Below are positions 9,146 to 17,205 of a stretch of 32,000 nucleotides of DNA, piece by piece; position 1 is the stretch's first letter; each line of letters begins with the position of its first letter. This DNA comes from Candidatus Scalindua sp. Its GTDB lineage: Bacteria > Planctomycetota > Brocadiia > Brocadiales > Scalinduaceae. A program made the translations under genes and the position numbers. The stretch is taken from assembly GCA_031316235.1 (NCBI GenBank), contig JALDRA010000001.1, positions 1,110,001 through 1,142,000 of the forward strand, given 5' to 3'. Below the pieces are notes generated by a model, which saw only the letters and a list, made by a program, of their open reading frames with translations, did not search any database and was not told the DNA's origin.

Positions 9146-9219
9146 CAAAAAAAATGCGCGCGTCATTAGAAGAAATGGACAACCACTTCAACGCCCTCAT
9201 GCAGAGGTATTTTGGGTAA
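9146..9219 (+). pseudogene. Orphan hsdS 3'-end remnant (copy 2 of the hsdS tail)
   Basis: Translates QKKMRASLEEMDNHFNALMQRYFG*, against hsdS QKMSASLDEMNNHFNALMQRYFG*. No upstream hsdS body is present. Confidence 0.75.
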
Positions 9220-9297
9220 ATTTTTATTTTCACAGGCTCTATTTAATGTGTTAAAATAAAAAACATTACATTGAAAAATATATGGGAGAAGGAATCC

Positions 9298-9534
9298 ATG
9301 TCTACGGTAACCACAAATCATTTGTATATTATAAAAGACTCGACAATATATGAAGGGAAAGCGACTATTAAAGGTACACGCATACCGGTCGCTTCTCTCG
9401 TTAACCATTACCGTTCGGGTATGACAATAGAAGAGATATTGGAAGGTTACCCGAACATTAACCATGCGCAGTTGTTTGACGCACTGAGTTATTACTTTGA
9501 CAATAAGGGTGAAATTGATAAAGAGTTTGAATAA
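9298..9534 (+). CDS. DUF433 domain protein (antitoxin-like partner of DUF5615)
   Basis: ATIKGTRIPVASLVNHYRSGMTIEEILEGYPNINHAQLFDALSYY is typical of DUF433. The ATG at 9298 follows gggagaagg; the ORF track starts at an upstream TTG (9271). Confidence 0.75.
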   Translation: MSTVTTNHLYIIKDSTIYEGKATIKGTRIPVASLVNHYRSGMTIEEILEGYPNINHAQLFDALSYYFDNKGEIDKEFE

Positions 9535-10050
9535 GTGATTCGGCTTTATACAGATGAAGACGTACACAAAAAAGTATCCGTAGCACTGCGTACCCGAGGA
9601 TATGATATACCCATTGCAAAATGGTTTTAGGAATTTCTGGGCTGGAGTTTACTTGAAATTTTGATTTTTCGATTGAACAAAACCAGAGGCTTAGTAATAC
9701 TAAGTCGAGGATTTTGAGATTGAGAAAAGTCTAAATTTCATATGAAATCGGGTTCTGAAAACCGAAAATCAATTTGTGATGGGTATATAGTCAGCGTACA
9801 TGATAGTAAGAATTGGGGTCTCTCTGATTTGCAACAGCTGGAATATGCCACATCTCAGAAAAGAGCAATTTTTACGTTCAACACAGGTGACTTTGTAAGA
9901 TTACATAAAGATTACCTTAGCAACAAAAAAAGTCACTTTGGTATTATTCTCTCGAAACAGATTCCTCTTAAAGAAACCATTAATCATCTCATATCTTTTC
10001 TCTACAATCATTCATCAGAACAATTGAAAGACAATATTTTCTGGATATAG
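9535..10050 (+). pseudogene. DUF5615/PIN-like toxin-type gene interrupted by a 174-bp MITE
   Basis: GTG-start VIRLYTDEDVHKKVSVALRTRGYDI (9535-9609) continues in frame at 9790 as VSVHDSKNWGLSDLQQLEYATSQKRAIFTFNTGDF... once 9610-9789 is removed. The start lies directly after the DUF433 stop. Confidence 0.7.
9610..9783. mobile_element. MITE inserted in the DUF5615 gene
   Basis: The ends cccattgcaaaatggtttt and the reverse complement cccatcacaaattgatttt match at about 15/19. TA-rich flanks are duplicated (gatata | tatata). Confidence 0.65.
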
Positions 10051-10126
10051 AAAATAGGCAACAGGAATAGCTGCAATTAATTCAACTCAAATAAATAAAT
10101 TCCTGTAAAATCGATTTGCAAAACAA

Positions 10127-10235
10127 ATTCGCTTCAATTGTTGAGCAGGTCGAACAGACAAAACAGAAAATACAAATGTCACAAACCGAAATGGGTAACC
10201 ACTTCAACGCCCTTATGCAGAGGTTTTTTGGATGA
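10127..10235 (+). pseudogene. Orphan hsdS 3'-end remnant (copy 3 of the hsdS tail)
   Basis: Translates QNKFASIVEQVEQTKQKIQMSQTEMGNHFNALMQRFFG*, collinear with the last 38 codons of hsdS. Its stop overlaps the RAYT start (ATGA). Confidence 0.8.
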
Positions 10236-10795
10236 GGGGAAGAGATCGAAAAACCCTGCGCTTAAGGGGATATGATTATACAAACGCAGGGTATTATTTT
10301 GTTACTATATGTGTTAAAGAGAGAAAATGTCTGTTGGGAGATCATATTGACAATGATGTTGAATTGTCGAAGATAGGAGAGGTCGCAAGGAAATGCTGGT
10401 TAGAAATTCCGGTTCATTTTCCGAAAGTATCATTGGATGAATTTATTATTATGCCAAATCACATTCATGGAATAATCATAATACATGAAATGGTTGATAA
10501 AAAAATTACAGGAAACAAATTGGTAGGGAACAAAAATTTTTGTTCCCTACACAGGAATGAACAAATCTGGCAAAAACGATGGGGAAGATCTTTGTCTTCA
10601 GTCATACGCGGATTTAAAATCGGTGTTACATCATGGTGTCGCCAGAATCATCACGAATATTTTTCATGGCAGAAATCATTTAATGATCATATCATACGAA
10701 ACGAGAGGGCATTATGTAATATTCGTGAATACATATCCTTGAATCCCTTTACATGGAAAGAAGATGAATATTTCCAAAACAGGAAAAGAAAATAA
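10232..10795 (+). CDS. REP-associated tyrosine transposase (RAYT) / IS200-like Y1 (HUH) transposase
   Basis: RGYDYTNAGYYFVTICVKERK, HUH motif MPNHIHGII and C-terminal ...FNDHIIRNE..IREYISLNP are typical of RAYTs. Confidence 0.82.
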   Translation: MRGRDRKTLRLRGYDYTNAGYYFVTICVKERKCLLGDHIDNDVELSKIGEVARKCWLEIPVHFPKVSLDEFIIMPNHIHGIIIIHEMVDKKITGNKLVGNKNFCSLHRNEQIWQKRWGRSLSSVIRGFKIGVTSWCRQNHHEYFSWQKSFNDHIIRNERALCNIREYISLNPFTWKEDEYFQNRKRK

Positions 10796-10982
10796 ACCAG
10801 GGCAGGCGCTTATTACCCAATATTTTTTAAAAGACAAGAGTGGAGGAGAAGTTAACATTCAGATAAAGAAGCACAGCTAAGGAAAATCAAGTATGACCTG
10901 ATTGAAGATGGAATACAGGTAAAAAAAAATGGAGAAAACTTTTTAGTTAAAAGAATTTAATAATATTGTTATCATACGAAAC

Positions 10983-11180
10983 ATGGAAAGATATATCAGC
11001 GACTGTGCATGGGAAGCAGGTTTCCCTGAGGATGTTGTTGTTATGCCTGTTGCTATAAGTAAGAATGCTATAAAAAACAGTCCCATACGGAAATCGGTCT
11101 TCATTAAAAAAATCTATCATGAAGGAGTGCCGTATGAAGGACATAATGGCACTGCTACAATATCGGTTGAAAGAGGCTGA
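10983..11180 (+). pseudogene. Possible C-terminal remnant of a nucleotidyltransferase (MNT) partner of the HEPN gene
   Basis: Only ...EDVVVMPVAISKNAIKNSPIRKSVFIKKIYHEGVPY resembles MNT C-termini. The GSxxRG/DxD region is missing. It overlaps the HEPN start. The call is weak. Confidence 0.3.
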
Positions 11181-11505
11181 AGAATCATTAAAGGAAGCAG
11201 AGGTGCTTCTAAGAGGGGGCATGAGTATGCGCGCTGTAATGAACAGGATGTATTATGCAATGTTCTATGCTTTATTGGCTCTGTTACAGCAGAAGCAAAT
11301 TGTAACTTCAAAACATTCAGGTGCAATTTCTCTGTTTGATAAAGAATTATCTAAAACATTACACCGCGCTTTCGAACTCACGCAAAAGGGTGATTATATT
11401 GAAGAGGCAGAAGTTACAAAAAAACTGATACGCTGTAATGGTAACCGTCTGGACCAAAATTGTGAAGCAGATTTCGAATGCTTCGCTTACGAGTCGAAGC
11501 AATGA
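11134..11505 (+). CDS. HEPN domain protein, probably 3'-decayed and fused to an unrelated repeat
   Basis: MKDIMALLQYRLKEAEESLKEAEVLLRGG..RAVMNRMYYAMFYALLALLQQKQIVTSKHSGAISLF is HEPN-like. From about 11427 the sequence switches to a repeat also found at 18595. Confidence 0.5.
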   Translation: MKDIMALLQYRLKEAEESLKEAEVLLRGGMSMRAVMNRMYYAMFYALLALLQQKQIVTSKHSGAISLFDKELSKTLHRAFELTQKGDYIEEAEVTKKLIRCNGNRLDQNCEADFECFAYESKQ

Positions 11506-11560
11506 AATTGATATTCGAACAAGCTCTTCAAGTGGACGCGGAAAGGCGTCGTTAAAGCAA

Positions 11561-11950
11561 ATGAAAATGGGTAAATCAAAAACAACAGTTATATTCGAAG
11601 AAAAAGGAGAAATTTGTCTGAAGTATATCCATGCACCGGAATATCTATCGTACTCAACGAAGATTATTAAAAAATCTACAGGAAAAAACCCGGTCACAAT
11701 TGAATTAAGTTTTACAGGCATTCCGCCTTGTGCAGCACCGATGCCTCCAGAAGAATATAAAATGTCTGCAGTAGATATTACATCACTTTTTGGTAAAGTA
11801 TACTCATCTCATAATGGTTTTCGGATAAAATCCGAGATAAAATTGAGCGAGTATAACTGCAACCAAGATTTGGTTTCCGGTAAAACCGAAAGCCAAATCG
11901 GTTTTAGTATATCAAAATGGGCAAATAAATACGGCTATAAACTTCATTAA
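11561..11950 (+). CDS. Hypothetical small protein carrying an in-frame MITE insertion
   Basis: MKMGKSKTTVIFEEKGE...SLFGKV [37 MITE-encoded codons] SKWANKYGYKLH*. The insertion is 109 bp plus a 2-bp TSD, 111 bp in total. A deletion derivative lies at 18729-18767. Confidence 0.3.
   Translation: MKMGKSKTTVIFEEKGEICLKYIHAPEYLSYSTKIIKKSTGKNPVTIELSFTGIPPCAAPMPPEEYKMSAVDITSLFGKVYSSHNGFRIKSEIKLSEYNCNQDLVSGKTESQIGFSISKWANKYGYKLH
11801..11909 (+). mobile_element. MITE family A (TA-duplicating), copy 1
   Basis: tactcatctcataatggttttcggataaaatccgagataaaattgagcgagtata...ccggtaaaaccgaaagccaaatcggttttagta flanked by ta/ta. The ends TACT...TGGTTTTCGG are inverted. Confidence 0.75.
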
Positions 11951-12211
11951 CGCTTCTAAAAAGAAGATCGTCGATCTATACTGACAAACCTAACCTGTTG
12001 ACCTGTATCAGAACGGGACAAGCCTGTCAATGCTAATAACTTAACTTGATATAGTGTAAAACAATCGCTGAGCAGATCTAACAAACAAAAACACAGATTT
12101 CAAAGTATTTTAATGTATACCTTGAAAACTAAACTCAAAATTAATAATATGTTATTTTGATCTATAATGATATTTGAAAATAAATGACATTATTCTAGAA
12201 GAGGAATAAAA

Positions 12212-13621
12212 ATGAGCAAGTTAGGAAGAAATGAACCATGTCACTGCGGTAGTGGGAAAAAGTACAAAAAATGCTGCCTGAATAAGGACGAAGAAAAAAA
12301 CCGGATGGACATTAATGGTAATAATGAAGGTTACATTGATGATGATTTTGAAGCAATTTTTGAGGAAGAGGAAGAGGAGATTGACGACACTGAATTTGAA
12401 GATATCACCGATAAGGAAGATCACAAGAAAATTAATAATAAGTTAAAAGAGTTGAGGAAGAAATATTCCTGTAAGAAATTTGAAGAGGAACCACCGGATA
12501 TTTCTCCGGATGAACAGAAGATTGTTGACACCTGGTGGCATAAGTTTGAAGACGTCTATATGAAAAACTTTGATCTTTTCAAGTGTATATATCTGATAAA
12601 AGATTTTATAATTAATCACCCAAAACTTGTTCCAAATTTATATTTACATGAAGAGGCAATATTTGAAATTGAAGGCAATTCATTAAAGTCAGGTAATTAT
12701 GATGATTTTATCGAATTTTTAAAATGGTACAGAGATAATTTTTTTAAAGCTTATATTCTGGGTGGGACCTATTATGATCTGTCTTTGATAACGTATCAAC
12801 TTGTCAATGGTGATGTTGAAAATATTACTAAGTATTTTTCAATTTACAGAGAGTACCCTGACCACGATCCTGACAACCTCATGCGATTGGTGGATATATT
12901 CAAGGCAACTAATAATCAAGAGTTGCTTATTGAATTATTAAAAGATATATATCCATATGTTTATTATTCACCGGGTATAATTGGAGTGGAGGATTTTGTA
13001 CAACCAATCTTAAAGGATGCGTTTTGTAAATATCTGAAGAGAGATTATACCGATCAGGACATAGATTCAATAGTTAACACCATGAAAGATTTTTCCAACC
13101 TTTTCCCTGATATGTTTGTACAAACCAACAGAGAATTCTGGATTCATTTACTTGAAGATATGTATAAGCGTGTTCCTGAGGAAAAACATCTAAAAAACAA
13201 AAAAGAGGCTGAAGAATATTTTGCCCATATCAAAAATAATTTTGAAGTGTTTTTACATGAAGCAAGAGGTAAACATTGGATTACTGCGGAGTATTATTCC
13301 GTTTTAATACTTGAATATCTTTTCAAACCACTGGAAAAAAATAAGATTGCCAAAAAACCATTTCTGTTGAATAAAGCCGTAGTTAATAACTATCTGGCAA
13401 CTCAATTTCGCGACATCATCGGTATTCGTGAAATCCCAAGCTTATCATTTATCCAGGCGTTATTTTATTTCAATGAATATTTGGGAGAAACAGGATTAAT
13501 TTCATCAGAGTGTCGGGATTCTAATGAAGGTGTCTGTCGCGATTTGTATGAGATTCTTTATCGAATTTGCCTGAAATCCAATTATGGCGCGAGATTGTTT
13601 GAAAAATTCCCACAATGTTAA
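12212..13621 (+). CDS. SEC-C metal-binding motif protein of unknown function
   Basis: N-terminal GRNEPCHCGSGKKYKKCC (SEC-C motif), then an acidic low-complexity stretch and a ~380-aa uncharacterised body. The RBS gaggaa lies upstream. Confidence 0.7.
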   Translation: MSKLGRNEPCHCGSGKKYKKCCLNKDEEKNRMDINGNNEGYIDDDFEAIFEEEEEEIDDTEFEDITDKEDHKKINNKLKELRKKYSCKKFEEEPPDISPDEQKIVDTWWHKFEDVYMKNFDLFKCIYLIKDFIINHPKLVPNLYLHEEAIFEIEGNSLKSGNYDDFIEFLKWYRDNFFKAYILGGTYYDLSLITYQLVNGDVENITKYFSIYREYPDHDPDNLMRLVDIFKATNNQELLIELLKDIYPYVYYSPGIIGVEDFVQPILKDAFCKYLKRDYTDQDIDSIVNTMKDFSNLFPDMFVQTNREFWIHLLEDMYKRVPEEKHLKNKKEAEEYFAHIKNNFEVFLHEARGKHWITAEYYSVLILEYLFKPLEKNKIAKKPFLLNKAVVNNYLATQFRDIIGIREIPSLSFIQALFYFNEYLGETGLISSECRDSNEGVCRDLYEILYRICLKSNYGARLFEKFPQC

Positions 13622-13690
13622 AAAATCGCATAAATCACGAATTTTCTATCAATTCTTGAAAAAAGCGTAAATGATCTTGGTAATTAAGAG

Positions 13691-13834
13691 ATGAATATTG
13701 AAAATGAAAAACATAAACTCGAAAGAAAAATTAGACGTCTTGATGAACAGATTGCTTTTCTGCAAAAACTTAAAGCCCGGCATCTTGCCAGGATTCATGC
13801 TAATTCTGCTAAAATGCAAATCTGTTTTTATTAA
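13691..13834 (+). CDS. Possible 47-aa coiled-coil peptide (below the ORF-track cutoff)
   Basis: MNIENEKHKLERKIRRLDEQIAFLQKLKARHLARIHANSAKMQICFY*. The only support is an open frame and heptad-like sequence. Confidence 0.2.
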   Translation: MNIENEKHKLERKIRRLDEQIAFLQKLKARHLARIHANSAKMQICFY

Positions 13835-13962
13835 GCCCTTAACAGCATACCCCTCAGGCAGTTAAAAACCTGTTAATGGAAGAATATCTTATAGATGTAA
13901 CATGACTTCCGCAAAGATCGTTTATATGCGGACAGGAGTCTTTAGGAAAAGAAATACTACCT

Positions 13963-14511
13963 ATGGGAAGTAAAGTAAATATATTGAGAGTAAACTTGAA
14001 CATTTCGGACTTAGACCGTAACTATTATCAGGAACACAAGTTTACTATAGCTCATCAACCGCCTGAGACGGGGATATATATAGTTGCCCGCATATTGGCG
14101 TTTACTCTAAATGCACATGAACGGCTCGTAAACACCAAAGGAACTGATACAAAGCATGAGCCGGCCATATGGCAAAAAGATTTAACAGGCGCTATTGAAT
14201 TGTGGATTGAACTTGGCGAAGCTGATGAGAAGCGCACGCGCAAAGCATGCTCCCGTTCAAAACATGTCATTATCTACACTTATAAAGAAGGGAGCTCCGC
14301 CATCTGGTGGAAACATATAAGTTCCAAGTTTAACTTATTTAAAAATTTGTCCGTAATAAGCCTGCCCGCGCAAGCCCTGGAGGATTTGACCTCAATGATA
14401 GACCGAACAATGGTATGGCAATGCACTATTCAGGACAGGCATGTCTGGATTACCGACAACGACCGGACCGTTGAGTTTGATCCAATACTATGGAAAGAGC
14501 AGGAAATATAA
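13963..14511 (+). CDS. yaeQ: YaeQ family protein (PD-(D/E)XK-like)
   Basis: LNISDLDRNYYQEHKFTIAHQPPET...ARILAFTLNAHERL...HEPAIWQKDLTGAIELWIELGEADEKRTRKA matches the YaeQ pattern as recalled. Confidence 0.8.
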   Translation: MGSKVNILRVNLNISDLDRNYYQEHKFTIAHQPPETGIYIVARILAFTLNAHERLVNTKGTDTKHEPAIWQKDLTGAIELWIELGEADEKRTRKACSRSKHVIIYTYKEGSSAIWWKHISSKFNLFKNLSVISLPAQALEDLTSMIDRTMVWQCTIQDRHVWITDNDRTVEFDPILWKEQEI

Positions 14512-14580
14512 GTAGAGAACAGATAGAGGAAAAACTTGTCTATTGACAAATTTTTCAATCCATCATTCTAAAAAGTAATT

Positions 14581-15153
14581 ATGGCTAAAACACGTTGTGA
14601 CTGGGTAACTACCAGTCCTCTTTATATTGATTATCATGACAATGAATGGGGGGTGCCCGTACATGATGACAGAAAGTTATTTGAGTTTCTCATCCTGGAG
14701 GGTGCTCAGGCAGGACTGAGCTGGGAAACCGTTTTAAAGAAAAGAGAAAATTATCGCAAGGCATTCAGCAATTTTGATCCCGAGAAGATATCCCGGTATG
14801 GTGACAAGAAAATAGAGGCATTACTGGGGGATAAGGGAATTATTAGAAATAGACTGAAAATAACATCCGCAATAAATAACGCCAGAAGATTTCTTGAAGT
14901 CCGGAAGGAATTTGAAACATTTGATACATATATCTGGCAGTTCGTTGATGGAAGGCCCATCACCAACAGGTATAAGTCTATCGGGGAACTCCCGGCTACA
15001 ACAAAAATATCTGACGCAATGAGCAGGGATTTGAAAAAAAGGGGGTTCACGTTTGTTGGCTCTACTATCTGTTACGCACATATGCAGGCAACGGGAATGG
15101 TTAATGATCATATAGTAGACTGCTATCGATACAAAGAAATTAAAGGCATTTAA
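14581..15153 (+). CDS. tag: DNA-3-methyladenine glycosylase I
   Basis: RCDW...YHDNEWGVPVHDDRKLFEFLILEGAQAGLSWETVLKKRENYRKAF is the canonical Tag signature. 190 aa. Confidence 0.92.
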   Translation: MAKTRCDWVTTSPLYIDYHDNEWGVPVHDDRKLFEFLILEGAQAGLSWETVLKKRENYRKAFSNFDPEKISRYGDKKIEALLGDKGIIRNRLKITSAINNARRFLEVRKEFETFDTYIWQFVDGRPITNRYKSIGELPATTKISDAMSRDLKKRGFTFVGSTICYAHMQATGMVNDHIVDCYRYKEIKGI

Positions 15154-15185
15154 CTATGAAAAGGGAATAGAAGGAGGATTATGGG

Positions 15186-15452
15186 ATGAATAATAAAGAG
15201 TTGCTCAAAGCATTGAAAAAGGCTCAACTTGTTGCATCTAAAGACGAAATATCTAAAGAACATGAGAAACTGGCGCATTGGGTTAGTCAGGTTGCCCCTC
15301 TGTTATTAGACAGCGATGAACATTATACAACTTTTATGAATGCTGCAGGCAAGGCAATGGCTCGTGTGTCTACTGAGGCTACAACTGAGAATATAACTAT
15401 CATGAAAAGCGCAGTAGATAGTGCAATTATCGAATTAGAAAGTGAGGCCTGA
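15186..15452 (+). CDS. Hypothetical protein (88 aa)
   Basis: A good RBS (aaggagga) precedes the ATG. The sequence is helical, with no recognisable motif. Confidence 0.45.
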   Translation: MNNKELLKALKKAQLVASKDEISKEHEKLAHWVSQVAPLLLDSDEHYTTFMNAAGKAMARVSTEATTENITIMKSAVDSAIIELESEA

Positions 15453-15520
15453 TTTGTGCCTGCTGTGCCCCTCTTACCTTAAGTTTAATAGAAAAGTTAT
15501 ACCATCCAGGTTTTCTATTA

Positions 15521-15644
15521 TATCCACCTCATGATGGTTTTCGGATAAAATTGAGCGAGTAAAGTCCTCGGCGCTTTTTGTCCGGGGATACCAGCAACCA
15601 GGATTTGCTTTCCGGTAAAACCGAAAACCAAATCGGTTTTAGTA
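15521..15644 (+). mobile_element. MITE family A, copy 2 (long variant)
   Basis: tatccacctcatgatggttttcggataaaattgagcgagtaaagtcctcggcg...ccggtaaaaccgaaaaccaaatcggttttagta flanked by ta/ta. It shares the extra segment aagtcctcggcg..gtccgggga with the copy at 24542. Confidence 0.7.
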
Positions 15645-15681
15645 TAGTAGGCGCTTTACCCTCTTATTGATAAGGAGAAAA

Positions 15682-16878
15682 ATGGAAGAATCGGGTGATT
15701 TTATCGTAATAACAGTTAACGGGCCGGATGCGCAGGGTATTGTTTCATCTTTCACCTCAATACTATCTGAGAATGAGGTAAGAATCGTTGATATTGAACA
15801 GATTGTTATACATAATCTAATATTGCTCTCTATGTTATTAGACCTGAGGCAGAGTAAAGGAGGTCAAATATCATTACTTAAGGATTTGCTGCTTGAGGCG
15901 AAAAGACTTAATGTTGATCTTGACTTTAAAGTAGCGTCAAGGTATGACCAGCTGCAATATGACAATAATTTCTTATACGCGATCACATGCCTGGGAGATA
16001 AAATAACAGCGGATGTGCTTGCCAGGATTTCGAAGGCAATGTATTCTGAAAACGTTAATATAGAAAGAATTAGACAGCTCAGCCAGGGAGAACTTAGTTG
16101 TGTTGAGATGATTGTCAACACCGACAAATCAATAAACGTTCGCGATATAACAAGGAAGCTGCTCTCCATAAGCTCCGAATTTGGCGTTGACATAGCCGTT
16201 CAAAAAGAGAATATATTTAGAAGATCAAAGCGGCTTGTTGTGATGGATATGGACAGTACTCTTATACAAGTTGAAGTTATTGATGAGCTTGCAAAGGCCG
16301 TCGGCAGAGGTGACGAAGTCAGCGCTATAACACGCAAGGCAATGAATGGTGAAATAAGTTTCAATGAGTCATTAGATAAGCGTGTGCTGCTTCTCGCAGG
16401 TTTAGACGAAGAAGCTCTTGATAAAATTTACAATAACATCCCGTTCACTCCAGGCGCTAAAAAATTTATAAAAATATTAAAAAAAATAGGCTATAAAACA
16501 GCCGTAATAAGCGGAGGTTTTACGTTTTTTACCGATCGATTAAAAAAAGAACTTGGTCTTGATTATGCATTTGCCAATAATCTTGAAATAAAGGACGGAA
16601 AGATAACCGGCAAGGTCACGGGAAGAATTATCAATGCTGAATTTAAAGCAAAAATCTTAGAGGATATAGCAAATAAAGAGGAGATTAATCTGGATCAGGT
16701 AGTGGCAATTGGAGACGGCGCAAATGATTTACTAATGCTTGACAAGGCAGGTTTAGGAATAGCATTCAACGCTCACAAGGCTGTCAGAGAAAAGGCGAAC
16801 TATAACATATCACAAAAAAACCTGGACTCTATAATATACCTTCTCGGCATTAGTGAAAAAGAGAAAAATACAATATAA
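15682..16878 (+). CDS. serB: Phosphoserine phosphatase SerB (ACT-like N-terminal domains + HAD)
   Basis: HAD motif I VVMDMDSTLI; later motifs VISGGF and GDGANDLLML. The ATG at 15682 follows aaggag; the ORF-track start at 15667 is an upstream TTG. Confidence 0.9.
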   Translation: MEESGDFIVITVNGPDAQGIVSSFTSILSENEVRIVDIEQIVIHNLILLSMLLDLRQSKGGQISLLKDLLLEAKRLNVDLDFKVASRYDQLQYDNNFLYAITCLGDKITADVLARISKAMYSENVNIERIRQLSQGELSCVEMIVNTDKSINVRDITRKLLSISSEFGVDIAVQKENIFRRSKRLVVMDMDSTLIQVEVIDELAKAVGRGDEVSAITRKAMNGEISFNESLDKRVLLLAGLDEEALDKIYNNIPFTPGAKKFIKILKKIGYKTAVISGGFTFFTDRLKKELGLDYAFANNLEIKDGKITGKVTGRIINAEFKAKILEDIANKEEINLDQVVAIGDGANDLLMLDKAGLGIAFNAHKAVREKANYNISQKNLDSIIYLLGISEKEKNTI

Positions 16879-16926
16879 TTATAAGAACGGGTCACCAATA
16901 AATTACCTTGATATTATTCAAGACAA

Positions 16927-17105
16927 TCGTTGCCCTCCGTGATACGCGGATTTAAAATCTGCGTCACACCATGGTGTCGCTAAAATCATCATGAATATTT
17001 TTCATGGCAGAAATCATTTAATATCATACCCTCCACAATGAAAGGAAATTTGATAAAATCCGCAAATACTTTTCCTTAAACCACCCATAAATTGAAAGAA
17101 GAATG
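16927..17105 (+). pseudogene. RAYT gene 3' fragment (decayed paralog of 10232-10795)
   Basis: tacgcggatttaaaatctgcgtcacaccatggtgtcgctaaaatcatcatgaatatttttcatggcagaaatcatttaat aligns with 10604-10685. It has an in-frame TAA (CAG in the intact copy) and deletions. The tail translates NERKFDKIRKYFSLNHP*. Confidence 0.7.
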
Positions 17106-17137
17106 CATAGACAGGCAGGTACCAAGCAACTGTATGA

Positions 17138-17181
17138 TTATCTAACCATATATTGACATAATATCTAACATATGCTAGGCT
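17138..17181 (+). promoter_or_regulatory. Candidate promoter/operator of the PanA-toxin operon
   Basis: -35 ttgaca (17153-17158), 17-nt spacer, weak -10 taggct. Direct repeats tatctaaccatat / tatctaacatat flank the -35. The RBS aaggagg lies at 17191. Confidence 0.4.
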
Positions 17182-17205
17182 TATTCAATAAAGGAGGCGA
17201 TATTT

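Noticed and set aside
1-10000. Search for hsdR (type I restriction subunit) near hsdMS
   Set aside because: No ORF with helicase/DEAD-box or PD-(D/E)XK HsdR features is present in the window. Absence from the genome cannot be concluded, because the region upstream of the Fic gene is not visible.
11438-11950. 170-aa ORF
   Set aside because: It is a chimeric reading across a duplicated segment, a possible small gene and a MITE. Only 11561-11950 is retained, and at low confidence.
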